DNA of 63,289 bases, filler included, from Octopus bimaculoides (lineage: Eukaryota), in the NCBI RefSeq assembly GCF_001194135.2. It is 5 parts of 5 records of this genome, joined end to end, with 100 filler letters (N's around TTAATTAATTAA, not from the genome) between each part and the next. Parts side by side here need not be neighbours in the genome. Positions count along the whole stretch, not along the records: positions 1 to 15,742 come from NC_068987.1; 4 more parts are not named here. The stretch is one strand, 5' to 3'. Positions 1 through 13,227 of this stretch are shown piece by piece. The notes under the pieces were generated by a model. The model was not told the origin of the DNA and made no database searches. It saw only the letters and a program-made list of their open reading frames with translations. Position 1 is the stretch's first letter. Each line of letters opens with the position of its first letter. The translations under genes and the position numbers were made by a program.

Positions 1-5
1 TATAT

Positions 6-47
<42 letters not shown>
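1..47. repeat. (TA)n microsatellite
   Basis: Direct read of TA dinucleotide run at window start. Confidence 0.95.
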
Positions 48-51
<4 letters not shown>

Positions 52-59
52 TGATAATA

Positions 60-1880
60 ATTTAATGAAAATTGAAGTAAAGTGTACTGTTATCAATAAT
101 GAATGATATTGATTTAAGAGACGATGATGAAAATAATATACAAGAAGATACAACAAAGAAGATTTAAAGCAATTCAGGTGACGCATCTTCTTGAGGTCTT
201 TTAGAGGATGTCGTATCTTCGTGCATGTCTTCCTTGGTGGGCTTGAGGATCATTCTGATGCAGTCGTTGTTTCTTCATGGTGGTTAAGAAAGTTTTATAT
301 GTCTGCATCGCAGAATCGATGGCATTTTAAAATCGGAGAGACCGAACCATACAGGGATCCTATTCTTCCGTCTTCCATTGTAATTTCTTTGCTATCCGTA
401 AAGGGTTGGACACACGTTCGATTTCCAGGCTCATCTGATGCTCCTCTGGATCTGGCGTTTCCTCCTCTTCTTCACTGGCAGTCTTCATTAACACCAACAA
501 ATCTGCGTCTATCAGTGTTTTAGAGTGGGCATCAATGAAGTCGTTAACCTCGTCTTGTGTGATGTCATTAAAATCTTCGCCACCAAGTAGTCAGTTTCAC
601 CGCATTGTTGACATCACGCGATGAGGGTTTCTTTTTCCATGTCTTTAAGATCAGCGTGGATGACTGACGGACACGTTGCGATTATGAAGCTTCGCCAGTA
701 TTCCTTTATCATGAAAATCTCGTCCTGATCTATTGCGTCCACAAGGTGTTGGAGAGAGTTCCGTTTGTAAAATGCCTTGAAGGAACGGATCACGCCTTGG
801 TCCATAAGCTGGATGAGGGTGGTGGTGTTCGCAGGGAGGAACTCGACTTGAATTCCCTCCTGATTCAAATCCAAAGGGTGACACCAGCATAAACTATAAC
901 AAGCAACACCTTGAATTCCATGCAAACAAATAGAAGTATTCCTTATCTTGAGGAATGAAGCATTGGTGGAACCAATTCAAGGTTAGACATTTGTTAATGG
1001 AAGCCTAAGGGACGGGTAGCAGTGGACGGCTAGCAGAGTCTTATTCTTATTTTTGAAGGCCCTAGAGTACGCAAATTTGTAGAAAAGCCCTGGTTTCATC
1101 ATGAAGCCAGCACCAGTGTGACACGTAATTAGCAACATTCTGTTCTTCTGTGCTTTAAATGTTAGTGCTCTGGCTTCGTCTTCCATGATGTTCGTTCCGG
1201 AAGGCATCTTCTTCCAGAACAAGCCAATCTCTTCCATACTGAAAATATGCTCCGGCTTCTATCCCTTCTCCTCGATGATCTACTTGAAGGTCTCGAAGTA
1301 CTTTTCGGTGTCTTTTTTTGTCGGCTGATGCTGTCTCCCCATACTATGTTTTAAACCGTTTCCGGAAACGGACAAACCCTCCCTTGCTGGTTTGAAAGTC
1401 TTCAGCCCCAGTGCGGTTCCTCGGTGCCTTTTACTCCGTCTCCTCTGTCGAACTCCTGGTATAATTTTCTCGCCTTCTCGCGGATGATATTAAAGTTAAG
1501 GAAGATGTTTTTCTTCCTGCAGTCGCTGATCCACAATGCCAAGGCAGATCCTATCCTGAGGAAGTGCTCATTTCTCACTATCGCTATCTTTTTGGTACTT
1601 TCACAGAAACTTACTGTTACGGTAGTTCTGATCACCACTTCGTTCTTCTTTATGTAGCGTATGGTGCTTTCGTTGACAACATAATAGTGACACACTGTAG
1701 TATAACTCTTACCTTTCCGGAATATATCTAGTAATTGTGCCTTCTCATGGAACGCCATAACCTTTTTCTGTCGCTTAGGTTCACTACCAGAAGCTTTAGA
1801 TGATGTAGGGCGTTTGGGCCGCACTTAGGGCTTTAATAACACGCTGCAAAAAATACAGCAGTTAACAAAATACTGGAAAT
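60..1880 (-). mobile_element. Tigger/pogo DNA transposon, decayed near-full-length transposase pseudogene
   Basis: Minus-strand frames in correct order: 1402-1824 HTH_psq plus CENP-B-type HTH (KKVMAFHEKAQLLDIF..VNESTIRYIKKNE..ALALWISDCRKKNI..IIREKARKLY); 983-1237 DDE_1 start (EEIGLFWKKMPSGT..FKAQKNRMLL); 614-925 (FLPANTTTLIQLMDQGVIRSFKAFY); about 270-600 acidic C-terminus (DFNDITQDEVNDFIDAHSKTL). Frameshifts and stops between segments; no TIR pair found. Confidence 0.9.
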
Positions 1881-2884
1881 AGCTACTGGACGCAGTTTTT
1901 CTAACAAAAAAAAACCCTACAAAACTTCTTCATTGTGTCTTATATGCGCATACAACAAATAGGATATTGAGCAGAAATCAAAACTTTAGACTGTATTACC
2001 ACTAGATACAATAAACTATACAAGAATAATAAAAGAGAGTAAGAGAGAGAGAGAGAAAGAGAGAATGGGACCAGCCAGTAACCTAATTTCAATCAGGGTA
2101 AATTGGCTCATGGCCTTAAAAATTATCCTGTTGAAATAAACATTGTGTATGACTAAATGTAGTGATGATCTTTTTAGAAAAGAGCTAGTAGTCACTATAC
2201 CAATTAGCAAGCTTCGATTGAAAGAAGGAATAAGAGATACAAGATACAGTGTATTTATATCTAAAAAAAAAAATCAATCGACGTGATGCGACGCTATTCA
2301 AATCAGAGAAACCTTCAACCGCGAAGGAGCGTCCAGTAAACCAGCAAATACGGTATATTTTTATTAATAGTTAAGACTTAATATATACGCGTGTGCGTGT
2401 ATGTGTGAGTGTGCGTTTCTTTGTTCAAATGGTCAAGGTATTAATTTCAAGTAATTCTAGGTACAACATGAGGATGAAAGTGAATTTACCATCTGAATGT
2501 GTAGCATATATATATAGTATAACGTTGACGAAAAATAAGACGCGTTGAAGGATAAGCACAGTAGATGTTAGTTTGAAGCTTAGCATATGGGAAATGATTG
2601 TAATTATTTTCTAGTACACGCTCTTCTTCGAAAGATAAAATAGAGATTGAGGGAAATAAGCTGAAACTATTTTCGAGTTCTCTAACTTTTCATCTGCCTC
2701 CTATTCTCTCCCTCTTTATTCTTGCTTTCCGAAGACGGAAGTATATTGAAACGTTATAAAGAATGCTCAATTGTTTTCTCATTTCCAGACATTCAACGTA
2801 AAAGCAAATATGTGACTGTTTGCTACCACGTCTTTGCATTGTAATTTTATTATGCTTGCAATACATACAGGTATGAATACACAA

Positions 2885-3114
2885 ATGTATACATACATAC
2901 GTACATACATACATACACACATCTACGTGTGTGTGTGTGTGTGTGTGTTTGTATGTGTGTGTGTGTGAGTGTATACATTTACAACTAACTGCACACCTGT
3001 GTATATTTGCGGGTGTGCGTGCGTCTCTTTGCGTGCGTGCGTGTGTGTGTGTATGTGTGTGTGTGTATGTGTATGTGTGTGTATGTATGTGTGTATGTAT
3101 GTGTGTGTGTCTGA

Positions 3115-3162
<48 letters not shown>
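2885..3162. repeat. compound (TACA)n/(TG)n microsatellite
   Basis: Direct read; explains the HT/CV-repeat ORFs at 2690-3247. Confidence 0.95.
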
Positions 3163-3163
<1 letters not shown>

Positions 3164-3524
3164 CAGCCGACAGAATGAAATGAATTTTTGCTTTGAAAAG
3201 TAAAGTAATTTTAGTAATATCAGAAGAATATGACACTTTATCAGCACCGTTTTCCTTTATTTCTTTTTCACGTATATACTTACATTATCGATCATTTCTT
3301 GTATTTATGTTTTATTATCTATTCTGATTATCACATACCCATAGAATGTTTGACATAAATATACAAACAATGAAACGAGAATAAATATAAGAGACAAAAT
3401 AAGATGTAAAAAAATCTAATTTGACCTTTTTCTTTTCAGACTTTTACTTGCTATTTATGATCTTGAAAATGATTAATAATGTCGTAGAGAATAATTTATT
3501 GATATTATTTTTATGATATATTTA

Positions 3525-3614
3525 TTTTCTACTCTAGGCACAAGGCCCGAAATTTTGGGGGAGATGGGTCCAGTCGATTAGATCGACTCCAGTACGCAAC
3601 TAGTACTTAATCTA
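3525..3614 (-). mobile_element. SINE family B, 3' fragment
   Basis: Reverse complement matches the 3' part of the 34845-34998 copy (gatagattaagtaccagttgcgtactggggtcgat..aaaatttcgggccttgtgcctagagtagaaaa). Confidence 0.85.
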
Positions 3615-3634
3615 TGATATATTTATTGGGATAA

Positions 3635-3847
3635 TGGTTTCAAATTTTGGCACGAGGCCAGCAATTTCACTGGAGGAGTAAGTCGATTACATCAACCCCA
3701 GTGCTCAACTGGTTCTTGTTGTATCGACTTCCAAAGTATGAACGGCAAAGTGGACATCAGCGGCATTTTAACTCAGAGCAGAATGACGGACGAAATGCTG
3801 CTAATCAATTTTCCCGGCATGCAAACGGTTCTGCCAGCTCACCGCCT
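3635..3847 (-). mobile_element. SINE family B (tRNA-derived head, Nin-like central domain), full length, diverged
   Basis: Reverse complement begins aggcggtgagctggcagaaccg (A box), has gagttaaaatgcc (B-box position) and ctttgccgttcatactttgg..cgatac core; homologous to 5659-5872 and 22618-22850. Confidence 0.85.
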
Positions 3848-3973
3848 ATATTTATGGAAATATCAGCTGCACAAAGACCACACACCTCACATTAATACGC
3901 ACACAAATGTATGTATGTATGTATGTATGTATGTATGTATGTATGTATGTATGTATGTATGTATGCATGTATG

Positions 3974-4022
<49 letters not shown>

Positions 4023-5030
4023 ATGTATATTTACTTATTTTGGTAATTATGTATGTGTAATGCGGAAACCATAACGATTCTACTACTTCTTAAAGAGGAT
4101 AGTTATCGTTGGACAGCGCTGCAAGACAGAAATCATGGCCTGTCAAAAGACGGATGATTTCTGTGAATTCAACGGAGAGTGTAAGAGTCCTAATTTTTCC
4201 CTAGATTCTGTATAGGAGAAAGAACACTCTGAAGTAACATCTGCAAATTCGCTTGCATTCAACAGTGTACACCTCTTGAGGAAGATGCATAGGTTGTCTA
4301 CAGAGTTGGATTAGCCGGTTCCAAGGACTTTCCACATTTTAAGAAGCTTTTGGCACAAGTGCATCTCAATTACGAACTGGATACAATAGTTGACCCAACG
4401 GAAATGTATTTAGATATTACAGATATTGGTATTAATGCATATGATTATTACGGATACTCACGCTTGTTTTTTTTTTTCAATTATGGTTTTATCTACTCAT
4501 ATGTGAGTGTACATCAATATATAAATGTATATAGATATGAAGTTTTCGAATCTCCATGTGATTATACGATTTCATACATTAAGTCTGATTAATGTGTACT
4601 GCAAGTGGTTATTTGTTGATCATAAATCTTCTAACGTATATATATATATATATATATATNNNNNNNNNNNNNNNNNNNNNNNNNNNNNNNNNNNNNNNNN
4701 NNNNNNNNNNNNNNNNNNNNNNNNNNNNNNNNNNNNNNNNNNNNNNNNNNNNNNNNNNNNNNNNNNNNNNNNNNNNNNNNNNNNNNNNNNNNNNNNNNNN
4801 NNNNNNNNNNNNNNNNNNNNNNNNNNNNNNNNNNNNNNNNNNNNNNNNNNNNNNNNNNNNNNNNNNNNNNNNNNNNNNNNNNNNNNNNNNNNNNNNNNNN
4901 NNNNNNNNNNNNNNNNNNNNNNNNNNNNNNNNNNNNNNNNNNNNNNNNNNNNNNNNNNNNNNNNNNNNNNNNNNNNNNNNNNNNNNNNNNNNNNNNNNNN
5001 NNNNNNNNNNNNNNNNNNNNNNNNNTGGAA

Positions 5031-5331
5031 ATTAATAGTTATCGCCAAGCCAACATGGCAGTCCCAAAATTAGGACGAAAGCTGCCGTGAATTAGCTCCA
5101 AGAAGCCATCGCCTCTAGCTAGCTATGTGACACACGAAACCTGTGTCCTTTATAACCTTCGAACAGGGGAGGTCAGCAGTGTCCCCCTGCTGGTTTGGCA
5201 TCTGCAGACTAGTTTCAGGGTGTTGCCAAACCACCAGATGCCAAACCAGCAGGGGGCTTCTTGGAGCTAATTCACGGCAGCTTTCGTCCTAATTTTGGGA
5301 CTGCCATGTTGGCTTGGCGATAACTATTAAT
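5031..5331. mobile_element. Fold-back element with perfect 77-bp terminal inverted repeat plus inner 22-bp inverted repeat; probable Penelope-like inverted pLTR fragment
   Basis: 5031-5107 is the exact reverse complement of 5255-5331; 5183-5204 is the reverse complement of 5235-5256; minus strand carries GAAACTAGTC (5207-5216), the 3' half of a PLE-type hammerhead; right side abuts (TA)n. Confidence 0.6.
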
Positions 5332-5658
5332 ATATATATATATATATATATAGATATACATATATATGCACGCGCGCGTGTGTATGTGTGTGGCTTTATG
5401 TATGTGTGTATCTCTTTACATACGTATACATATGTATAAGCATTTCTTTATGCATATGCTTATTTATACATTTATGTATATGTGTAAAACCACGATTTGT
5501 ATGTAAATACATTCCGCACACCACGAAGTAATAATTTCTTTAATTTCTTAGCAAACTATACGTAATGATAGAAAACTCACTTAATCCACACAATAATGTT
5601 CTTATTTTCTTTCTCAATTTTCTTTACATCATCCAGTCGATAATATAAATATAACTTT

Positions 5659-5872
5659 AAGGCAGTGAGCTGGCAGAATCGTTAGCACGACGGGAGAAAT
5701 GCTTCGCGACATTTTGTCCGTCTTTACGTTCGTTGTTCAAATTCCGTCAAGGTCGACTTTGCCTTTCATCCTTTCGGCTAGATGAAATAAGTACCAGTTA
5801 CGCACTGGGGTCGATGTAATTTACTAACCCTTCCCCAAAAACTTCAGGCTTGTGCCTATAATAGAAAGGATT
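5659..5872 (+). mobile_element. SINE family B, full length
   Basis: aaggcagtgagctggcagaatcgttag (A box), gttcaaattcc (B box), ctttgcctttcatcctttcgg..aataagtaccagttacgcactggggtcgat core, tail tgtgcctataatagaaagg. Confidence 0.9.
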
Positions 5873-8149
5873 ATGATATGTAATGTTTAGAAGAATAACG
5901 TGTTTAGAATTATAAATTGCAAAAATTTGCAATAGACTCAACGCAAACAATATTTTGTTTTCATATTTAGACAGGCGGCACTGATGAATTTAAAAATTTA
6001 ATTTGTGCAGTCCATTACGAAAATAATAAACGAAATTAAAGGAACTGACCCCGCATATATATTTATAGTACCATAACGAAGCATCTGTAAATCAAACCCG
6101 GCCTGTGATTCCTAAATAAATGTACCACTGCCATCAATTCACATACACCAGAGAGAGAAAACATTTGAAGAAAATTTAGTAATAGACAGAAGTAATCAAA
6201 CTTACGCAGAATAAGGTTTATTTGCTTAATATCTTGTGAGGAAAATCATAGAAACAATACATACTCAATAACAATCTCCACCTTTACTACCACCGATCAC
6301 ATTTAATGTACTATAGTAATACCCAGAGCAATCCAGATACATCTACGCTGTTCTCGAAGAACAATTTAAGAAAAAGAAACGGAAGAAAAGCTATAGGTTT
6401 CCATTAAGGTTCATGTTTGTTACTTTCTACATGACCATAACAAAAAGTAAAATAGTATTAATGCATGAATTGGTAATATACGTATATAGACATGCGTGTG
6501 CATTCATCGACATGTAACTCTGCACACCACATCCACATACGATAAAAACAAAACAGCGAGTAAATGCAAATACATAAACGTACAGTTCATTTATTCTAAA
6601 CAGTAGCAGTAGAGTAACAAGAGAAGACATTTAGATAACTCTTCATTTCATAGGGTAATCAAATGGTGATTGCAACATATTTGGTTTCAATCAAGGGTGT
6701 TAAGAGGGTATGTCAAATTTGTGATATACGATCACCTTATACCATTAAATCTGGGTTTGTAATATACTCGTTGTAATGGACTTACTAGAAGATGTCATCG
6801 GGTTAAATGAAGGCATAGAAAATAATGTACTTAAATTTAATTTACTGATTGTTTAAATAGAATGGTTAGACTTTCAATAATTCCATACCGAAACATAGCA
6901 TTGAGATAAAATATGGTTTATATATCATATCCATTTATATTAAATGCGTAAATATATACTTCTAATTTCACGAAGACAGCATATAGGAATTTGCAGTAAT
7001 GAAATCATTACTTCGAGTTCATATTATATTCCACTACAGAAATGAACCGCTACGTAAAGTTATTTACCAACCAATACAATGAGTATACGAAGTAGTACAT
7101 AAATCGAAACACGATTTCAGGCCATTCATTAGAAAAACTAAACATATGAATTACATATATGAAATACAAAACTTGTGTTACGTGAACAAAATCAGGTCCA
7201 GCTTTATAATACGTGAACGATTTAACGCATTATCAAAATTAGAAAACTAATAACACAGATCATAAAATGCATTGCACCTAACTGTAAACCAATACTGATC
7301 ATATACTAAAATTCATCAACTTATCATCAATAGCATGTCGCAAAGCGTCAGTGCCGTAAAGTTTCAAATTTGCTTGTAAACTTGACATTTGTAAAATCCA
7401 TAATTACCATGTAGTATTGATACTAGATTGTCTCTCCAGCTTTTATTGTAATTAATAATCGCAATGCAATAGCATTGTAAAAATTCTCGATGAATACGTA
7501 TTAACATAGACTTTTGATAACTGAAAGGTTACCCAAAACCGTATAAGATTAAAATAAAGTAACACGCAGAACACGCTGTGAAGAAAAAGAGCTCCCTGGT
7601 TGTTGGGGCGTAATATCAACACTATTATACTGTGGCAACTTCACATGCCAATACATAGAACTTCATTCAGAAGACGAGACCATAATCGTATAGAAATAAT
7701 GACGATGTTTGTCGGAAGCTACAGTAATATGAATTAAAAATATATAAACTATTAAAACTAAATTCTGTGGTGTTTTAATAGACGCTTCACAAAAGGGCTG
7801 TTCCTTATATCTGTATGCGCGTGTATGTGCATGCATGTGGACGGGCGTCTATGTGTGATGAGAGTGAATGCTTCTCAGTAATGCTAAATAATATTTTAAT
7901 GGAATCCAATTAGGTATGTCTTAAAGACTTGTAGCGGGACCTAATATATGAACACAATATGAAAAATGAAATAAAATAAAACATAAACGCTTTTAGAATT
8001 AAAATAAACCTGCTGCAGATTCCAGCTAGAAGCAAATAAAGAAAAACATAAAGAAAGCGATAAATTGCAGTTACCTGTCTGTTGTCCTAAGGTAACAAGC
8101 ATGGCTGTAAAAAGATTTAACCTCTTATGGCTAATATTGGAAGAAATAT

Positions 8150-9110
8150 TTCCGCATAAATCGTAGAGTGAAGGAGTAGTTACGAGACCTCTTAATAGAC
8201 ACAATCCAAGCGGTGAAAGCCAATGTTACACTCCAATAGCAAGGAGAGTGCCGCACTGAACTGCTTTAGTGCCACTACTGTTTCAGACATCCCATCAGTT
8301 ACACAGACAACCCCAATAACTAGCTACGCTGATGACGCAAAAGTTGCATAAGCAATCAAGGAACATTTCAATGCCCATCTTCTACGGAATTACCTAAACG
8401 CTACATAATATTGGGTCAGAGAAAACAACATGCAAGTTTATGCAGGAAACTTCCAAGACCTCTGCTATGAACCAAATTGCACTAACATGCTGCAACGGAG
8501 ATACATTGGGACAAAAAGTGCAGCAATCCCAGAGTCAAGTAGAGTTCATAATCTGAGGATTGATATGAGCATCGACGCCTCGTTTCATGTATATATCACT
8601 AAGACTATGGCAAAGTGCAGGGAAATGGCCGATGAATTCTAACTACTTTCAGAACAAGGGACAGGCAAACAATGCTGGTTCTACGGAGGACATTTTTCTT
8701 AGCCGTCTGGACAACCGGTCTCAATTCTGGCCAACCCACAGTGTCAAATTAATAGCGGGACTTGAGGCAGTTTAAACGTTCTACACCAAGAAGGTTTCAG
8801 TGATGGCACAGATGAGCAACTAGGAGAGACTGAAAGAGTTACGACTCTACTCCCTGAGGTGAAGACGGGAGAGATATACATATGGAAGACCCTACAGGGA
8901 GTGGCACCAAATTGTGGTATCGATAGCTATATAAGCTTTTCGAATGTGATGTCGCTGCATTGTTAGAAAGGTCGTACATAATCCGTCTAGATTGAGGATA
9001 TTGTATTGCAATAGCTTGGATGTCAAATGCTCACAGCTTTTTTAATATCATACCAAACCATCTGAGAGATCTATGTGGAGTAGAAATAGATGAATTCAAA
9101 AAACAACTCG
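8150..9110 (+). mobile_element. CR1-clade LINE reverse-transcriptase fragment (decayed)
   Basis: SYADDAK with YADD at 8325-8336; downstream WVRENNMQ..GNFQDLCY, NLRIDMSIDASFHVYI, FLSRLDNRSQFWPTHSVKLIAGLEAV, ERLKELRLYSL, FNIIPNHLRDLCGVEIDEFKKQLD, all resembling CR1 ORF2 C-terminal motifs; multiple stops and frameshifts. Confidence 0.85.
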
Positions 9111-9318
9111 ACCCCATGAAACTGGCAAGAAAGTCAAGAGAAGGTTGTAATAGGAAAGTCCCAACTTCAACAAAAGCCATTTCCAGACGCATGGCTGTTG
9201 AAAAGAGAATAATACATATGATGCACCAGTATCATCACGACCTTTGGGCCGAAACGCATAAAAGACTAAAAGAAATGGTAATACGCACACATACGTACTT
9301 ATATATACATACACTCAT

Positions 9319-9356
<38 letters not shown>

Positions 9357-9655
9357 CAAAAGAATTTCAACTCAGTCTGTTTTTTATGTTTTATCATATT
9401 CTTATAAAATTAATGTGGGATATAGAATATGGAATATATAGTATATATAGTAAAATGAAATGAAGTATTGAATGTCTTATTGAATAAATTAAATATTGAA
9501 TATTAAATATTTAAGGACTAGTATACTTTCCTGCTTTCTAGCAGTCTTCAAGGTCTCGTGTGACAGAACATAAGGATAAGATTGTTATTTAAAATACCGA
9601 TCATATCAAGTGGCTAGCATGGGAATAAAAACTTCATAGGTAATAATTATTATTA

Positions 9656-9840
9656 AAATTATAATTAAGGGTATCTAAAAGATACCATCATGCTAGATAT
9701 AGCAGTCAAAATGTGACTCTAAAACCACATTCAATGTTCATACAGCACCATTTAATAAACATTTAATGTGGTTTTAGAGTCAAGTTTTGGCTGCTATATC
9801 TAGCATGGTGGTATCTTTTAGATACCCTTAATTATAATTT
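9656..9840. repeat. 76-bp-arm inverted repeat (fold-back), probably a PLE-type inverted fragment
   Basis: 9656-9731 pairs with 9765-9840 with about 4 mismatches and a 33-nt loop; followed by (TA)n; arm motif tgctagatatagcagtcaaa resembles tgctaaaaatggcagtcaaa in the 25.5-kb pLTR. Confidence 0.75.
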
Positions 9841-11125
9841 ATATATATATATATAAAATAACACGTATGTGTGTCGTGTCTATACATGTGTACATATACA
9901 CACACAGAAACACTCACCCACTCACGCAAACATATATATTTATATTCATACCACGTGTGTGTAAAAATTATATGTATATTCTGTTTGATACATATATGCT
10001 TTGTAATAGAATGAATAACTCATATGCCTTAATACAAGATTGAAAATGTCGTAATAGTGTGGCCAATAAAGCAACTGTTTTTCTGAAGGCTAAAAATGTC
10101 ACTTTTAATATTAAACTTGCGCACCACATTTCACCATATGAATTTGAATATGAACACTATTTCTGCTACATAAATTAATAATTTCCCTCTCATTACTTTC
10201 AAAGGTTCTCACTGACATCATCCACGTTAAAAACACATTTATTTTATACTCTCTAATTAAATTGTAAATTTATTGCATTCAAGTTCAGTCTGAATCTGCA
10301 AAACCGCCGGGTAACACAACTCAAAATACATATGCTGTGTCAGCAAATGTAAAATATCAGTTTCTAATGAACTCAGTGCAGAGAGTAATTACAATATTTT
10401 CTGCTCTTCCTGCAACATTCATTATTTTATCACTCGATATTTATATATTCACTTACATAGACACGGACGCACTAATGCACACAAATACACACACATACAC
10501 ACATACACACATACACAAACGTAGACGCATCAGTGTGTGGATCTTACGACGTTCAGAACTTTAGAAAGATTTGACGAATATTTCTTCTAAATAAAATCGC
10601 TAATTTCTTTCTATACATTTTTAATTAGCTATCTTATTTCGTCACATACGCATGTAATATATTCATATATAAGTGCGTACAAGCATCCGTAAATATGTAT
10701 GTGTGTGTTTATATATATATATATANNNNNNNNNNATACATACATAAATATCCATGTTTGCACACATACATATACGCTGATCTTATAAGAATTCGCTAAT
10801 AGTATTACATTGGTAAGCATTAGAAATAAATGTTATTCTTATCTATTTAATGACGTCAAACTAGATTTGAAGTTGAAATATTCTCTTTACTATTAATATT
10901 TCAAATATTAGTCAAGTCGACTGATACTCTATGATTCCTAATGCAATTTAATTTAAAATAATGAATAACGAAGATAATCAATATAATCTTTAAAGATAAA
11001 TAAGTTTGGTGTTATTTATTTATTTATCTAATTATTCGATCTAATATCTACTACAGAAAAATTTTCAAAATTATTTCCTACTATTTCATTACGATATTTT
11101 ACTTAGGTAAATACATATTCCGAAA

Positions 11126-12220
11126 TACTAGGTTGTCAGATAAATTCATTCGGTTTTTCCATATACTTTAGTCCTCATCTTTTATCAACATTTTTACAAA
11201 ACAGTCAATAATATATTCTTCTTCGTTGATCATGACTTTTGGCCAGCGTTCCACTAGATTATGTATGCCTTGGCCGTAGAAATCACAGGGTACTTGAAAA
11301 ATTCATCCAGTTATATTTTCAGTTCCACGTCATTGTTTTGACGAAATGCCATGCAGACATTTGGGCAACAAACATAAAGGGTGAAAACGTGAAGGCATTG
11401 ACCTTGTGGTTGTTTTCATGTATTTCGTAGTCATTAGTCTTTCTTAGTTTCACTAAATGCAGAGAATACTTGCTTGCCGAGACTTAACCTTTCTCTTCTC
11501 TGCTTCCTGTTAATGTAAAGACATCATTTTCTTCACTGGTCACGATGCTGTACCAACAAAGAAATTATCGGCAAAGAGGAGCTTTAGGACTTTTCTATTT
11601 CGCTCAGAGCATGTGGCACCCATGCACCAAATTGTAGAACCTTATTCATCGAGTGAACGTGACGGATGAGACTACTATGAGAGTATTCCATCTGTTGGCC
11701 AATTCCCGGGTAGAAGGGTGCGGATCTTCGTGAATGAACTCATTCAATCATCTTTCATTGACATGCATATGTTGGCTGGAATGCAGAAATTCTGTGAGAT
11801 TAAATTTTATTTCTTTAATGCAGGAAAACCATTTCTGTGCAGTTCTTTCAGTGATAGCGGCTTCTCCGTACACAACGAATATGTTTTTAACTTTTGAATC
11901 CCAGATTGCAAACGAAGAAAAGCAGGTGTGGAAAAGACTCATTCTTTTCTACGAGATAATCCATCGTCATATATCGGTAAGAGGTCAGATTTGTCCGAAT
12001 CTCAAAACCTATAAGCAAAAGTCGCAGAGAAAGAATAGATCTACAACAAAGAGAGAAGGAACATACAGCACTAGCAGGAAAATACATTTTGTTGATTCTA
12101 ATGACATTGAAAAGTAAAAAATGAAATTATTCTGCCGACGCAATGTATATCCTGATGAACGAATGTCCGAAACCTTATACCTTCCACATCCAACACTAAT
12201 CAAATTAACGCTAGTGTACG
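11126..12220 (-). mobile_element. Mariner (DD34D-type) transposon remnant
   Basis: Minus-strand fragments VYGEAAITERTAQKWFSCIKEIKFNL (HTH), IVTSEENDVFTL (TGDEKW region) and LDEFFK..DFYGQGIHNLVERWPKVMINEEEYIID (C-terminus); left end tactaggttgtcagataaattcattcggtttttcc resembles a mariner TIR preceded by TA. Confidence 0.85.
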
Positions 12221-13196
12221 AATTTTTCTTTCTATTGAATGTTATCGGTTCAGACCCGCATCAATTGACACGGGACCCATGATTATTGGTGTGAGGCTAA
12301 ATATTAAAGGCGAATTTAATCGTATTCTTGCAAAATGTGTGATGTTTCAAACAATAAAACAGAAACACATTTTGGATATAAAAAGAAAGCAAAATACAAA
12401 ATATTTTTGCTGTTTCCGTCATCGTTGACATTCAGATAAGTCTTGATCGATCAAATCTTAGACCTACAACACTGCAGGATGGCGCCATCACGCTATTTTT
12501 CTATATGCGGAGAACAATTTGCCACGTTATCCAATGTGCTATTTGTATGCAAGCTTGCCGTATGACAAGAGGATTCCTAGAGGGAAATTTGCCTTCTATT
12601 TTTAGGAGATCGAGTTGCCTTGCGGGTCCCTTTTCAATTTGGTTTCTGAGTGAAACGCTTATAACTGTTACAAAATAAATATCCATGCACTTTTTTTCTG
12701 TTTGCAAGTCTGTCTAACTACATGTATGATGAAGAGTTTCTTTATATCGACTTAATCACATATTGATTTTTTGCGCATTTGTACATATCTGCAAATAGGT
12801 ATAGGGTAGGGTATATTGAGTTGAATTGGCACAAATACTTGACGTTCTGATAATATTCTATAACAAAAACATAAAATAGACGCAGGCGTGATTTTAATTC
12901 AGAATGAAGAAGGTAAAAATTAAATGTCGAAAATATATAGTCTGATATTATACATTGCAGACACTTTAACTCATTGTTGATGTATATATTACTGTCAATA
13001 GGACACGACTATAACAACATTTACTTTGATAACAACTTTCACACAAAGGATATTTACAGACAAGATTCTTATAAATAAAACATTTATAATTTCATGCCAA
13101 AATAATGCTCCGACTAAGGATTTTATTTTTGTCTATGCACAGCCTTTTTGTGTATATCGTAAATGTGCGCGTATATGTCTGTGAGTGTGTGTGTGT

Positions 13197-13227
<31 letters not shown>

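Noticed and set aside
191-1657. Plus-strand ORFs 191-523 and 1424-1657
   Set aside because: Antisense shadows of the Tigger transposase.
12150-12185. CTGATGA..GAAAC motif at the mariner boundary
   Set aside because: No valid stem I, II or III pairing.
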